Source: an uncultured delta proteobacterium
Lineage (GTDB): Bacteria > Myxococcota > Myxococcia > Myxococcales > Myxococcaceae
Reading direction: 5' to 3'
DNA: 64,000 nucleotides
NCBI GenBank assembly: GCA_963776345.1
Contig: CAVZMH010000016.1
Span: 576,001 to 640,000 of the forward strand
Position 1 is the stretch's first letter. Every line of letters begins with the position of its first letter. A program made the translations under genes and the position numbers. Below are positions 13,769 to 23,855 of this stretch, one piece after another. Below the pieces are notes generated by a model. It was not told where the DNA came from. It made no database searches and was given only the letters and a program-made list of their open reading frames with translations.

Positions 13769-14623
13769 TCAGGCGCCGAGCAGCGCGCGGGCGTTCCGGA
13801 GGGTGTTGGAGAGCAGCATGGCGATGGTCATCGGCCCCACCCCGCCCGGCACCGGGGTGATGAACGACGCCCGCTCGGCGGCCGCGGCGAACTCCACGTC
13901 TCCCACCAGCTTGCCGGTGGGGAGGCGGTTGATGCCCACGTCGATCACCACCGCGCCGGGCTTCACCCAGGCGCCCTTGATCAGCTCGGGCACGCCCACC
14001 GCGGCGACCAGGATGTCCCCCCGGGCGACCTCCTCGGGGAGGTTGCTCTTGCGGTGGCAGACGGTCACCGTCGCGTCGGCGTTGAGGAGGAGCAGCGCCA
14101 TCGGGCGGCCGACCAGGATGCTGCGGCCCACCACCACCGCGCGCTTGCCGGCGGGCTTGCAGTCGATCTCCTGCAGCATCCGCATCACGCCCCAGGGGGT
14201 GCAGGCCACCGTGGCCTCCCGCCCCTGAGCCAGGAGCCCCGCGTTGACCGCGTGCAGCCCGTCGGCGTCCTTCTCCGGCCGCAGCACCCGGAGCAGCACC
14301 TCGGAATTCACCTGCTTCGGGACCGGGAGCTGGACGAGGATGCCGTGCACGCCCGGGTCCGCGTTGAGCGCCTCGAGCCGCGCCTGGACCTCGGCGTGGG
14401 TCGCCGTCTCCGGAAAGTGGTGCTCGCTGGACTCGAACCCGACCTCGGCCGCGGCCTTCTGCTTTCCAGTCACGTAGATCTTGCTCGCCGGATCCTCGCC
14501 CACTCGGATGACCGCCAGCCCGGGGACCCGGCCGGTGCGGGCCTTCAGCTCGCGCGTACCCTGGGCCACCTCCTGCCGCACCTTCTGGGCGATGGCCTTT
14601 CCGTCGATGAGTGTCGCCGCCAT
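13769..14623 (-). CDS. folD: Bifunctional methylene-THF dehydrogenase/cyclohydrolase
   Basis: [41 protein letters not shown] and [11 protein letters not shown]. Confidence 0.97.
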   Translation of the reverse strand: MAATLIDGKAIAQKVRQEVAQGTRELKARTGRVPGLAVIRVGEDPASKIYVTGKQKAAAEVGFESSEHHFPETATHAEVQARLEALNADPGVHGILVQLPVPKQVNSEVLLRVLRPEKDADGLHAVNAGLLAQGREATVACTPWGVMRMLQEIDCKPAGKRAVVVGRSILVGRPMALLLLNADATVTVCHRKSNLPEEVARGDILVAAVGVPELIKGAWVKPGAVVIDVGINRLPTGKLVGDVEFAAAAERASFITPVPGGVGPMTIAMLLSNTLRNARALLGA

Positions 14624-14708
14624 GTCGCGGCACACTACACGAGCCCGCCGACCGGGGAAGGGTCGCTCGACGCCGGACGCCGACCGCGCGTAGCCTCGTT
14701 GGGGAACC

Positions 14709-15701
14709 ATGTCGCGCGAGCTCATCGACCTGCACATCCACGTGGGCGGCGCGGTGGCCCCGCACGTGCTCTGGTCGCTGGCCCACAGCCAGGGCTTCAA
14801 GCTCCCCACCAAGAACTACTTCGAGTTCGTGGAGATGATCACCGCCCGGCCGGACAACGTCTCCAACCTCGACGACTACCTCCGCATCATGCACACCTGG
14901 ACCGAGAAGATTCAGAGCTCGCCCATGGCCATCGAGCGGAGCGTGTACGAGGTCATCGGCAAGGAGTTCCGCGGCAGCCGGGTGACGCAGATCGAGCTGC
15001 GCTTCAACCCCATGAAGCGCAACCTCGACTCCACCCTGGACCTGGACCACATCATCCACGCCGCGCTCCGGGGGATGGACCGAGCGATGCTCGAGTACGG
15101 CGTCCGGGCGGGACTCATCTTCTGCCTGGCCCGCGAGTTCGACCACCGGCTCAACTCCATCATCCTGGAGAAGGCCATCAAGTACCGGCACCGGGGGGTG
15201 GTGGGCATCGACCTCGCCGGCACCGAGACCCGGGCGCTGGAGCTGGACCACGAACAGGTCGGGGCGTACGAGGACCTCTTCCAGCGGGCCCGGGCGGCGG
15301 GCCTCAAGACCACCGTGCACACCGGCGAGACCCTCGGCACCGGGGCCGAGGGGGTGATCGCGGTGGTCGACCGGCTCCGGCCCCACCGCATCGGCCACGG
15401 CATCCGCGCGGCCTACGACGAGGCGGCGATGAAGCTGCTCCGGGAGCAGGACGTGGTGCTCGAGCTCTGTCCCACCTCCAACCTCCACACCCACGCGGTG
15501 AGCGGGGTGGACGAGCTGAAGCACATCGTCCAGACCTTCCTCGACCGAGGGGTGAAGGTGACCCTGAACACCGACGGGCCCTACCTCCTCGAGACCGACA
15601 TGCAGTCCGAGGTGGCGCTGGTGGAGAAGCACGGGATCATGACCCCCGAGCAGGTGGACCAGGCCCTGGCCTGGGCGCGCGAGTACTCCTTCATTCCCTG
15701 A
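14709..15701 (+). CDS. Adenosine deaminase family amidohydrolase
   Basis: DLHIHVGG (HxH), IELRFNP, GIDLAG, HTGE, RIGHG, ELCPTSN and NTDGP. Confidence 0.88.
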   Translation: MSRELIDLHIHVGGAVAPHVLWSLAHSQGFKLPTKNYFEFVEMITARPDNVSNLDDYLRIMHTWTEKIQSSPMAIERSVYEVIGKEFRGSRVTQIELRFNPMKRNLDSTLDLDHIIHAALRGMDRAMLEYGVRAGLIFCLAREFDHRLNSIILEKAIKYRHRGVVGIDLAGTETRALELDHEQVGAYEDLFQRARAAGLKTTVHTGETLGTGAEGVIAVVDRLRPHRIGHGIRAAYDEAAMKLLREQDVVLELCPTSNLHTHAVSGVDELKHIVQTFLDRGVKVTLNTDGPYLLETDMQSEVALVEKHGIMTPEQVDQALAWAREYSFIP

Positions 15702-15705
15702 AGCC

Positions 15706-16803
15706 GTGGTAGGCGCGGGGGGCGTGTACCGGCTCCTCAAGCGCGGGCTGTTCCTCCTCTCGCCCGAGCTGGCGCACGCGCTCGGCATGTCGGCGCTCCG
15801 GGCGCTGGGGACGTTTCGCTCCGCGCCGTCGCTTCCCGCGGGCGGCCCCGACCTGTCGGTGACCAGCGCGGGACTCCGCTTCGCGCACCCGGTGACGCTG
15901 GCGGCCGGGTTCGACAAGGACGCCGAGGCGGTGGCCGGCTTCTTCGCCGTGGGCTTCTCCGCGGTCGAGGTGGGGACGGTCACCCCGCGGCCCCAGCCGG
16001 GGAATCCGGCGCCGCGGCTGTTCCGGATTCCCGAGGCGCGGGCGCTCGTCAACCGGATGGGCTTCAACAACCACGGCGTGGACGCCATGGCGGCCCGCCT
16101 CCGGGCCCTCGGCCGTCGCCCCGGGCCGGTGGGGGTGAACCTGGGGAAGAACAAGGACACCCCGCTCGAGCGTGCGGTGGAGGACTACCTGGCCGGGGTG
16201 GAGCGGCTCGGCGCCCTGGCCGACTACGTGGTCGTCAACGCCAGCTCGCCCAACACGCCCGGGCTCCGCCGGCTCCAGCAAGCGGAGCCGCTCCGGGAGC
16301 TGCTCTCCAGGGTCCGCGCCCGGCTCGAGGCCGTCGCCCCGGGGAAGCCCCTGTTCCTCAAGATCGCCCCGGACCTCGGGCCCGAGGAGGTCGACGCCGT
16401 CGTCGACGTGGCGGTCGAGGTCGGCATCGCCGGGCTCATCTGCACCAACACCACCCTCACCCGCCCCGGAGTGTCGGGGCCGGTGGCCGCGGAGGCGGGA
16501 GGTCTCTCCGGGGCCCCGCTCGCCCCGCTGGCGCTGGAGACGCTGCGCCGCGCGGCAGCCCGGGCCCGGGGCCGGCTCGCGCTCTGGGCCTCGGGAGGGG
16601 TGTTCACCGCCGACGACGTGCTGCAGCGCCTCGAGGCCGGCGCGGATCTGGTCCAGGTCTACACGGCCTTCGTCTACGAGGGACCGTTCTTCGTCCCGAG
16701 GGTACTTTCGGAGCTCCGGGCCCGGCTGAGGGCGCGCGGGCTCGACACCCTCTCCGGGCTGCGCTCGGCGTCGAACCCGGGGAAGGCCCGGCAGCCGGGT
16801 TGA
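15706..16803 (+). CDS. pyrD: Quinone-dependent dihydroorotate dehydrogenase (class 2)
   Basis: LAAGFDKD, VGTVTPRPQPGNPAPRLFR, NRMGFNN, NASSPNTPGLR, LKIAPD and GGLSG. Confidence 0.96.
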   Translation: MVGAGGVYRLLKRGLFLLSPELAHALGMSALRALGTFRSAPSLPAGGPDLSVTSAGLRFAHPVTLAAGFDKDAEAVAGFFAVGFSAVEVGTVTPRPQPGNPAPRLFRIPEARALVNRMGFNNHGVDAMAARLRALGRRPGPVGVNLGKNKDTPLERAVEDYLAGVERLGALADYVVVNASSPNTPGLRRLQQAEPLRELLSRVRARLEAVAPGKPLFLKIAPDLGPEEVDAVVDVAVEVGIAGLICTNTTLTRPGVSGPVAAEAGGLSGAPLAPLALETLRRAAARARGRLALWASGGVFTADDVLQRLEAGADLVQVYTAFVYEGPFFVPRVLSELRARLRARGLDTLSGLRSASNPGKARQPG

Positions 16804-16807
16804 CCGC

Positions 16808-19405
16808 TCAGCGCGAGCGCCGGGGCAGCCCGCGCACGATGTACAGGTGGCCGAGGAAGCGATTGAAGACGTAGGCGACATCACGCCCCTCGCCGGTGAC
16901 CTGGACCGAGGCGAGGCTCGAGGCTCCGGCGGGATCCGGGGGCCCGAACATCCGCTCCTCCAGCACCTTCCCGCTCTCGATGTCGACCCGGAACAGCCGC
17001 GTCGCAGCGGGGAAGTCTGCGCCCTGGGTGAGCCAGAGTTCTCGGGGCGAGGCCCAGCCCCGGGGCCAGGCGCCGAGCTGCAGCCCGGGAACCCGCCTCG
17101 GCTTTCCGTCGGAGAGCGAGACGATCACCACCCGTTCCTCGACGTCGATTGCTGCGGCGAGCTGGCCGTCCGGCGAGACCGAGAACGCCGGTCGGCCAGA
17201 GAGGGGGAGCTGCTCCGACACCCGCCGCGCGGGCCCCCGATCTGGGTCGAGCTCGAAGAGCTCGAATGGCCCGCCGGCGACACGGCCCACGAAGACGATC
17301 CGCTTTCCGTCGGGCATCCAGCGGGCACTCCTTACACTGAGCCCGGCCAGAGGGTATCGACGCGCCTGACCCGGCCCCGTGGGGAGAGCCCCGAGGGTGT
17401 CGCCGGAAGGGGTCTTGACAAGCGCCCAGCGCCCATCTGGCGAGAGATCCAGCGCCTCCCCTTCTCCCAGCACCTGCGCGGGGGATCCGTCCACGCTGCG
17501 GAGAACGGCCAGCGAGGGCTGGACGCCTGCCAGGGTCGGCACCGGGCTCGCCACGCTGAAGAGGACCTTGCGGTCGCGCGAGACCGCCGCGGTCGAGTTC
17601 GTCCAGTCCGTCCAGGAGAGGAGAGTCTGGTGTCCGTCCACGTCGACGGTCTGCACCTCGTTCCGTTCGAACTGGTTGCTCAGGAGGACGCTGCCGTCCG
17701 CAGCAATGTCATCCAGGTGGATGTCGGAGGGCGTTCGGTAGACCTCCCGCGCCCTCCCCTGGAGGTCGACCGCCCGGACCAGATTGCGCTGGAGCTCTCC
17801 CGAGGTGAACCAGAGCTCCTCGTCCGCCGGAGCCCACGCCAGGCCCTGGAGGGCGGTGAACCGTGGGCTGAGCGTCCGCGTCGAGCCCCGGAGATCGACC
17901 ACCATCACCTCGCCCATGCTGTCTGCGTAGATGGGATGGTGGACGAAGGCGATGAGGTCGCCGCGGCCCGAGACGCGAGGATCGCTGAGCCATCCCTCGG
18001 TCCGGAAGAGGACCTTTCCTGGTGGAAATTCCAGGGCCCGGGCGGGGCCCCGCACGGTCACCAGCGCGAGCTCTCCGCCCGGTGACCAGTCGGCATACTC
18101 GACGTCCTCGGCCACCTCGCGCGGGGTTCCGCCGACCCCGGGGACCCGGGCGAGCGTCCCATGCGCGGTGAACAGCACAGAGAACCGGGGGGCGAGGAGC
18201 ACGGCCAGCTCCCCAGTGCGCGAGACGGCCAGGAGCCGTGCGGGCGGGAGCCCGAGCGGCTGCGACATGGCGCTCCCCACGGGACGGGTGAAGACCTCCT
18301 CCGGTCGGCCCTCGAACGTCGCGCTGTAGAACACCCGGCCGTCCGGTGCGAAGCGGGCTCCCCGCACTGCTCCCCACCGAAAGGTGACCTGCTCGACCGT
18401 GGGAAGCGAGACCAGGACGGAGGAATGGGTGCGCGACCAGGCGATGGCCCCCACAGCGAACCCCAGGGCGAGCAAGGCCGCGCCTGCGAGCGACAGCCAT
18501 GACCGGCGAGCACCTGCCCGCGGCCTCGCGGGCCCCGAGCGGGGGCTGCCCCGCAGCACGTCGAGCGCGAAGGCGAGATCGCTCGCCGACTGGAACCGGC
18601 GGCCCGGCTCCTTCTCCAGGCACCGCAGGACGACCTGCGCCACCTGCGCCGGCAGCTCGGCTGGGAGCGGCGTGGGGTCGTTGTGGAGGATGGCGTAGCC
18701 ACTCTCGACGAACGAGCTGCCCGGGAAGGCGCGGGCGCCCGAGAGGAGCTCGTGCAGCACTACCCCGAGGCTGAACAGGTCCGACCGCGCGTCCAGCGGC
18801 TCGCCCCGCAGCTGCTCGGGGGACATGTAGCCGGGAGTGCCGAGCACGGCCCCGGTCCGGGTGCCGCCTCCGCTCGGCGTCACCGTCGCGTCCATCAGCC
18901 CGTGAGGTCCGGCGCGCTCCGCCGCCTCGGCGAGCTTGGCGATGCCGAAGTCCAGGAGCTTCAACTGCCCATCGGGACTGACGAACACGTTGTCGGGCTT
19001 CACGTCTCGGTGGATGACCCCGCGCGCGTGCGCAGCGGCGAGGCCCCGGGCGAGCTGAGCGCCCCACTCGAGCGCGGTCTGGAGCGGGATGCGCCCGCGG
19101 GTGAGCCGCTGGCGGAGCGACTCGCCCTCCAAGAGCTCGGTGACCAGGTACGGCACGCCCTCGTGCTGACCCACGTCGTAGACCGCCACGACGTTCGGGT
19201 GCTTCAACGACCCGGCCACCCGGGCCTCGTGCTCGAAGCGCCGGATCAGCTCCGGGTCCCCGGCCAGCGCGGCGTTCACCACCTTGAGCGCCACCTCGCG
19301 GCCGAGACGGGTGTCTCGCGCCCGGTAGACCTCGGCCATGCCGCCGGCCCCCAGGACCGAGAGCACCTGGTAGGGGCCCACCTGGAGGCCGGGTGTCAGC
19401 TGCAC
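16808..19405 (-). CDS. Membrane Ser/Thr protein kinase with extracytoplasmic TolB/WD40-like beta-propeller
   Basis: LGAGGMAEVY, VALK, HRDVKPDN, DFG and GTPGYMSPEQ; TM near aa 305-325; repeated (W/F/L)SPDG-type blades. Confidence 0.9.
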   Translation of the reverse strand: MQLTPGLQVGPYQVLSVLGAGGMAEVYRARDTRLGREVALKVVNAALAGDPELIRRFEHEARVAGSLKHPNVVAVYDVGQHEGVPYLVTELLEGESLRQRLTRGRIPLQTALEWGAQLARGLAAAHARGVIHRDVKPDNVFVSPDGQLKLLDFGIAKLAEAAERAGPHGLMDATVTPSGGGTRTGAVLGTPGYMSPEQLRGEPLDARSDLFSLGVVLHELLSGARAFPGSSFVESGYAILHNDPTPLPAELPAQVAQVVLRCLEKEPGRRFQSASDLAFALDVLRGSPRSGPARPRAGARRSWLSLAGAALLALGFAVGAIAWSRTHSSVLVSLPTVEQVTFRWGAVRGARFAPDGRVFYSATFEGRPEEVFTRPVGSAMSQPLGLPPARLLAVSRTGELAVLLAPRFSVLFTAHGTLARVPGVGGTPREVAEDVEYADWSPGGELALVTVRGPARALEFPPGKVLFRTEGWLSDPRVSGRGDLIAFVHHPIYADSMGEVMVVDLRGSTRTLSPRFTALQGLAWAPADEELWFTSGELQRNLVRAVDLQGRAREVYRTPSDIHLDDIAADGSVLLSNQFERNEVQTVDVDGHQTLLSWTDWTNSTAAVSRDRKVLFSVASPVPTLAGVQPSLAVLRSVDGSPAQVLGEGEALDLSPDGRWALVKTPSGDTLGALPTGPGQARRYPLAGLSVRSARWMPDGKRIVFVGRVAGGPFELFELDPDRGPARRVSEQLPLSGRPAFSVSPDGQLAAAIDVEERVVIVSLSDGKPRRVPGLQLGAWPRGWASPRELWLTQGADFPAATRLFRVDIESGKVLEERMFGPPDPAGASSLASVQVTGEGRDVAYVFNRFLGHLYIVRGLPRRSR

Positions 19406-19458
19406 GGGCGGCAGCCTAACCGACCCCAGATGCCGGGATGGTCACTGCCGGCCGGCGT

Positions 19459-21114
19459 CTACCGCGCGGCCGACCAGGGCAGCGTCGTCTGCACCTCGAC
19501 CGGCAGCGGGCCGGCGAGGAGGGCCGGGCCGAGCTGGTCCGCCAGATGGTCGAGGACCCGGCGCACCAGCCGCTCGGGCTCGTCTCCGGGAGTCACGGCC
19601 CGGAGCGCGGCCGCCGCCCGCTCCACCGCCTCGGGCCTGACGGTCGGCGCCGCGCCGGGGACCAGGAAGGCCCGGCCCAGCTCCTGGGTGCGCGCGGCCG
19701 GCACCGGCGCGACCCGGGGTCTGCCCTCGAGCAGCGCGTGGGCCACCGCCGCCGCGAGCACCGCCGGCGTGCCCCCGGCCGGCCACGCCGGACCGAGCGA
19801 ATCCAGGGCCGCGCGGGCATGCTCCTCGCTGGCGCCGAGCAGGGCCGCGAGCAGCGTCTGCTGCGCCTCGGCGCGCCCCAGCTCCTGCTCCGTGTGGTGA
19901 ATCTCGGCCACCGAGCGGAACGGCACCGGCTCCGCTCCCTCCACCGGGAGCGCACGCAGCGGCCGCGCCCGCCGGAGCGCAGCCACCACGGCCGCCTGCT
20001 CGGGCCAGAGCATCCACTCCCCGTCCACCCGGGCCAGCGGACGGGCCGCGAGCCGGTCGGCGCGGTGACGGAGCCGCAGGCCGAGCGAGAAACCGGTCTG
20101 GAACACCTGGCGGAACGGCGTCTCGCGCACCACCTCGGGGGCACGGCGCGGGTCTCCCCCGGTGAGGTACTCGAGCCCGAGGCCGAGCGTGTCCCTCGCC
20201 CGCTCCGCCGAGGCCCGCAGCGCGTCCAGGTCGCCCGGGTCGGCGCCGTCGGCGACCAGCGCCGCGTTGTACACGCCCCGGAGCTCCTCGCGGGCGTTCT
20301 CCGCCTCCACCGGGTCGAGCCCCTCGAGCACCGCCTGCACGAAGTCCACCCGCCGGCCGCCGCTCCGGGCGAGGCCCGCCCCTGCGCTCGACGGTGGAGC
20401 GGGGGCCAATCGCACCGCCGCGTAGAGCCCGGCCGCCGCCTCCCGGTCCGGAAAGCCGAGGTCCGCGAGCCGCGCCCAGCGGAAGCGCAGCGCCACCTCC
20501 TCGAGCTCGCTCGGGCTCTCCCAGCGTATCGCCTCGATGAACCGGCTGAGCCCGAACGGGTCCTCGGCCATGAGGTCCATGAGAAGCGCCCGGAGCGCCG
20601 CCTGCTCCTGGCCCTCGACCTTCATCTCGACGCGGTAGCGGCGGTCGGCGGAGTCGAGCGTGACGCCCTCCACCGAGGGGTCCGGATTCTCCTCGAGGTC
20701 GTGCACCACGGTGAAGGAACGGAGCATGGACTCGAGCAGCTCGAGGTCGATGCCGTGCAGCTTCTGGAGGAACCCTTCGGCCTCGTCTCCCCGGGCGGCG
20801 CCCAGCCACTCGAGCAACCCATGGGGATCGAGCGTGTCGTGCCTCCAGGCCCCGAGGTCGACCAGCGCCTGGAACTGCCCGGGCGAGGCGAGCTGGACCA
20901 GCTCGGTGGCGTCCGCCAGACCCACCTCGGCCACGGTGGCGTAGAGCTGCTCGGGCGGGAGCGCCCGCACCAGCGCCGCCGCATCCGGGGACGCGAGGAG
21001 CGCGTCCATGCGCGCCCGGGCGGGCAGCGCCCCGATACGCTGGAGCGCCGCGGCTCGCTCGGAGGCCACGTCTCGTCCGTTTCCGCCGGAAGCCACGGCC
21101 GCCGTGCGTCGCAC
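19459..21114 (-). CDS. Conserved myxobacterial protein (DUF6178-like)
   Basis: Long helical ORF with genome-like codon usage. EVGLADATELVQLASPGQFQALVDLGAW and SELEEVALRFRWARLADLGFP resemble DUF6178 as remembered. Start may be the GTG at 21096. Confidence 0.6.
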   Translation of the reverse strand: MRRTAAVASGGNGRDVASERAAALQRIGALPARARMDALLASPDAAALVRALPPEQLYATVAEVGLADATELVQLASPGQFQALVDLGAWRHDTLDPHGLLEWLGAARGDEAEGFLQKLHGIDLELLESMLRSFTVVHDLEENPDPSVEGVTLDSADRRYRVEMKVEGQEQAALRALLMDLMAEDPFGLSRFIEAIRWESPSELEEVALRFRWARLADLGFPDREAAAGLYAAVRLAPAPPSSAGAGLARSGGRRVDFVQAVLEGLDPVEAENAREELRGVYNAALVADGADPGDLDALRASAERARDTLGLGLEYLTGGDPRRAPEVVRETPFRQVFQTGFSLGLRLRHRADRLAARPLARVDGEWMLWPEQAAVVAALRRARPLRALPVEGAEPVPFRSVAEIHHTEQELGRAEAQQTLLAALLGASEEHARAALDSLGPAWPAGGTPAVLAAAVAHALLEGRPRVAPVPAARTQELGRAFLVPGAAPTVRPEAVERAAAALRAVTPGDEPERLVRRVLDHLADQLGPALLAGPLPVEVQTTLPWSAAR

Positions 21115-21153
21115 AGCGGACCGCGGGAACGCAACCCCGGTGTCAGGTGGCCG

Positions 21154-23133
21154 CTACTGCAGCGGCGTCAGGCACTTGGAGGCGACGTTGAAGTCCAGGA
21201 GGTACGGCTGGCTGACGCCGTCCTTCGAGGTGAGGAGGAACTTCAGCAGGAGGTACTTGAACTGGGGCACCGGTCCGGGGGCCGCCTGGAGGTTCGCCGG
21301 CGAGCTGGTGAACGGCCCGTACTCCTGCGAGACGGTGAAATCGAGGTTGTTCGACCCGCGGACGAAGAGAACGACCGAGGTGTTGGGCGGGGTGATGGCG
21401 TCCCAGGTGACGGTGTCCCACTCGGCGTACCGCGAGCAGCCCTGCACCGTCTGGCTGAAGCTGCCCTGGTTCAGCGTGATGTGCCGCAGCTGGTACCCGG
21501 TGAAGTCCGAGTAGGTGTACAGCGCGCCGGCCTGGTTGGCGGAGGTGATGACCCCGCCGGTCGCCCGGTCGATGCGCATCACGTTCCCGGTCGAGTTGTT
21601 CACCCAGAGGTTCTTGTTCTGGTCCAGCCCGATGCCGATGCTGGTCTTGCTGAAGGTCGTGGTGGCGTCGATGAGCCCGGTCGGGGTGCCCGCGCTGGGG
21701 AACATTCGCACCCCGCCGTCGTTGATGTCGGCGCCCCAGACCAGGGCGGCCGACCCGAGGTTGTTCCGGTCGCCGCTGAACCAGACGAACCCGTCGTCGT
21801 CCACCGTCACGCCCCGGCCCTGACCGATCTTGGTGCCGCTGGGCGACGCGAGGGCGCTGAAGTTGAACAGGTCCCAGGTGCCGGCATCGATCGGTCCGCT
21901 CGCGGGCGGGGTGTACCGGGTGGCGGTCGGGCCCGAGCCCCAGTTCGGGACCCAGACCCGTCCCTGCTTGTCCACCGCGATGCCGTAGCCGCCGCGGGGG
22001 AAGCCGGTGGGCGGGGCGATCGCCCCGGCGAGCAGCGACTGGGTGTTGGTGTCGATGACCGCCACGGTGTTCTGCACGCGGTGAACGACCCAGAGCCGGT
22101 TCCTGCTGTCCACCGCCGACCCATAGGGCTCGATCGAAGGCACCCCGATGTACTGCCCGCCGCCGTCCGGAAGCGAGCCCACGTTCGTCCCTGGCGGGAT
22201 GGGCTTGGGCACGCCGGTGAACGGATCGAGCCGCCAGACCCGCCGGTCGATCCAGGTGCCGACCCACACGTCACCGGGGCCGCCCTCGGGCGCGGCGGCG
22301 ATGGAGATGGAGCCCTCACCGAACGCGCCGTTGGGGTTGATGTTGCCGAGCTCCTGCGTGAAGAGCACGCACTCGTCGTAGAGCAGCGGGTTGGTCGGGT
22401 CGGCGCTGGGGTTCAGGTACTCGTTCGGCTCGATGACGCCGTAGGTCCCGGTGTTCGGATCGTCGACGCTGGTGTCGATCTTCCCGTTCCCGTTCCGGTC
22501 GACGCAGTTGAAGGGGCTGCCGGCGATCTTGGTCACGCTGAAGTACTGGCCGGCGTGCGAGGCGAAGTTGGCGACCCACATGTCGCCGTTGATGTCGATG
22601 GCGGTGCGGCTCGGGTCGTAGACGCTGGCGGCCGAGCTGTGGTTGCGCCGCCCGAGGCCATCCAGCGGGAAGACGCTGATGTACCGGCCCACCTCGTGGA
22701 TGCCGCCGTCCTGGAGGAGATTCTTGGTGTCGTACTTGGACACCGTTCCCATCTTCCAGTTGGCGATCCAGGCGTAGTTGATCTCGATGTCCTGGCTGTT
22801 GAGGGTAATGCGCCCGAGCGGGTCGACCGTCACGCCGTCGCCGGTGCTGCCCTCGCCGCCATCGAGCACGAAGCCGCCGTCCGGCGGGAAGTCGATGGTG
22901 CCGCTGAAGCCGCCGTCCACCGCCGGCACGCAGGCGATGATCTTGCAGGGGTCGACCACCCCGGGACCGCCGTCCGGTCCTCCGCCGCCTCCGTCCGTGC
23001 CCCCGCCACCGCCGTCGCCCCCCGGCTGGCCGATGACGACGGGGAAGCGCGAGACGTCTCCGCTGCAAGTACAGCCGGAGACGGCGGTGATCGCGGCGGC
23101 GACCATCAGGAAGGGCAACGCCCGGCGGGTCAT
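21154..23133 (-). CDS. Lipoprotein with DGG repeats and Vgb/NHL-like beta-propeller
   Basis: MTRRALPFLMVAAAITAVSGC lipobox. Blades TAIDINGDMWVAN, SAVDSRNRLWV, GIAVDKQGRVWV, GVTVDDDGFVW and GIGLDQNKNLWV; DRNGNGKID Ca-binding-like loop. Confidence 0.75.
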   Translation of the reverse strand: MTRRALPFLMVAAAITAVSGCTCSGDVSRFPVVIGQPGGDGGGGGTDGGGGGPDGGPGVVDPCKIIACVPAVDGGFSGTIDFPPDGGFVLDGGEGSTGDGVTVDPLGRITLNSQDIEINYAWIANWKMGTVSKYDTKNLLQDGGIHEVGRYISVFPLDGLGRRNHSSAASVYDPSRTAIDINGDMWVANFASHAGQYFSVTKIAGSPFNCVDRNGNGKIDTSVDDPNTGTYGVIEPNEYLNPSADPTNPLLYDECVLFTQELGNINPNGAFGEGSISIAAAPEGGPGDVWVGTWIDRRVWRLDPFTGVPKPIPPGTNVGSLPDGGGQYIGVPSIEPYGSAVDSRNRLWVVHRVQNTVAVIDTNTQSLLAGAIAPPTGFPRGGYGIAVDKQGRVWVPNWGSGPTATRYTPPASGPIDAGTWDLFNFSALASPSGTKIGQGRGVTVDDDGFVWFSGDRNNLGSAALVWGADINDGGVRMFPSAGTPTGLIDATTTFSKTSIGIGLDQNKNLWVNNSTGNVMRIDRATGGVITSANQAGALYTYSDFTGYQLRHITLNQGSFSQTVQGCSRYAEWDTVTWDAITPPNTSVVLFVRGSNNLDFTVSQEYGPFTSSPANLQAAPGPVPQFKYLLLKFLLTSKDGVSQPYLLDFNVASKCLTPLQ

Positions 23134-23249
23134 CGAAGCTGTCTCCACGAGAGGCGGCACGGGCGCGTTAGCTGTGACAGGCGCAGCAAGAGCCTTCAGA
23201 GGAGGAATCATCGGTGGGCCTCCCCGGTCGGTCAACACTCGAGCACCGG

Positions 23250-23855
23250 TCACGACGTGGCGATCCAGAGCGCCTCCCACACTTCAGGCACGCCCAGCTT
23301 TTCCGTTGCCGAGAAACCGAGCACGGTGTCACGCGGGACCGACAGGCGCTCCGCCGTCGCGGCGAGACGTGGTTTCCGGTGCGCCTTGCCGAGCCGATCG
23401 ACCTTGGTGGCGGCGACCAGCACCCGGCGGCCGGCGGAGACGAGGTAGGTCAGTGTGCGGACGTCGTCCTCGGTCGCTCCCACCTCGGCGTCGACGATGG
23501 CGACCACCCCCCGCAGGGACACACGTCGCTGGAGGTAGGAGGTGATCATCCCCTCCCAGCTCGACCGTTCGGCCTTGGACACCTTGGCGAAGCCATACCC
23601 TGGCAGGTCGGCGAGCCGCACCGTGCGACGCTCGCCGTCCCGCTCGAGCACCACATCGAAGAAGTTGAGCGTGCGCGTGCGGCCGGGCGTGTTCGACACC
23701 CGCACCAGCTTCCGCCGCCCGGTGAGCGCGTTGATCATCGACGACTTGCCCACGTTGCTCCGGCCGACGAAGGCGATCTCCGGGACGTCGCCCGGGGGCC
23801 AGCCGCCCTCCTCCACCGCGGTGGTGAGGAACCGGGCGTCGAGGACGCGGATCAC
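23250..23855 (-). CDS. engB: Ribosome biogenesis GTP-binding protein YihA/YsxC
   Basis: PEIAFVGRSNVGKSSMIN, SNTPGRT, DLPGYGFAK, TKVD and FSA. GTG start overlaps the upstream TGA. Confidence 0.95.
   Translation of the reverse strand: MIRVLDARFLTTAVEEGGWPPGDVPEIAFVGRSNVGKSSMINALTGRRKLVRVSNTPGRTRTLNFFDVVLERDGERRTVRLADLPGYGFAKVSKAERSSWEGMITSYLQRRVSLRGVVAIVDAEVGATEDDVRTLTYLVSAGRRVLVAATKVDRLGKAHRKPRLAATAERLSVPRDTVLGFSATEKLGVPEVWEALWIATS

Noticed and set aside
19438..23448. Very long antisense ORFs (e.g. 19438-23448, 42417-45497, 54930-57956, 59264-62797, 7525-10293)
   Set aside because: Shadow ORFs opposite real genes, expected from high GC3; they have no recognisable domains.
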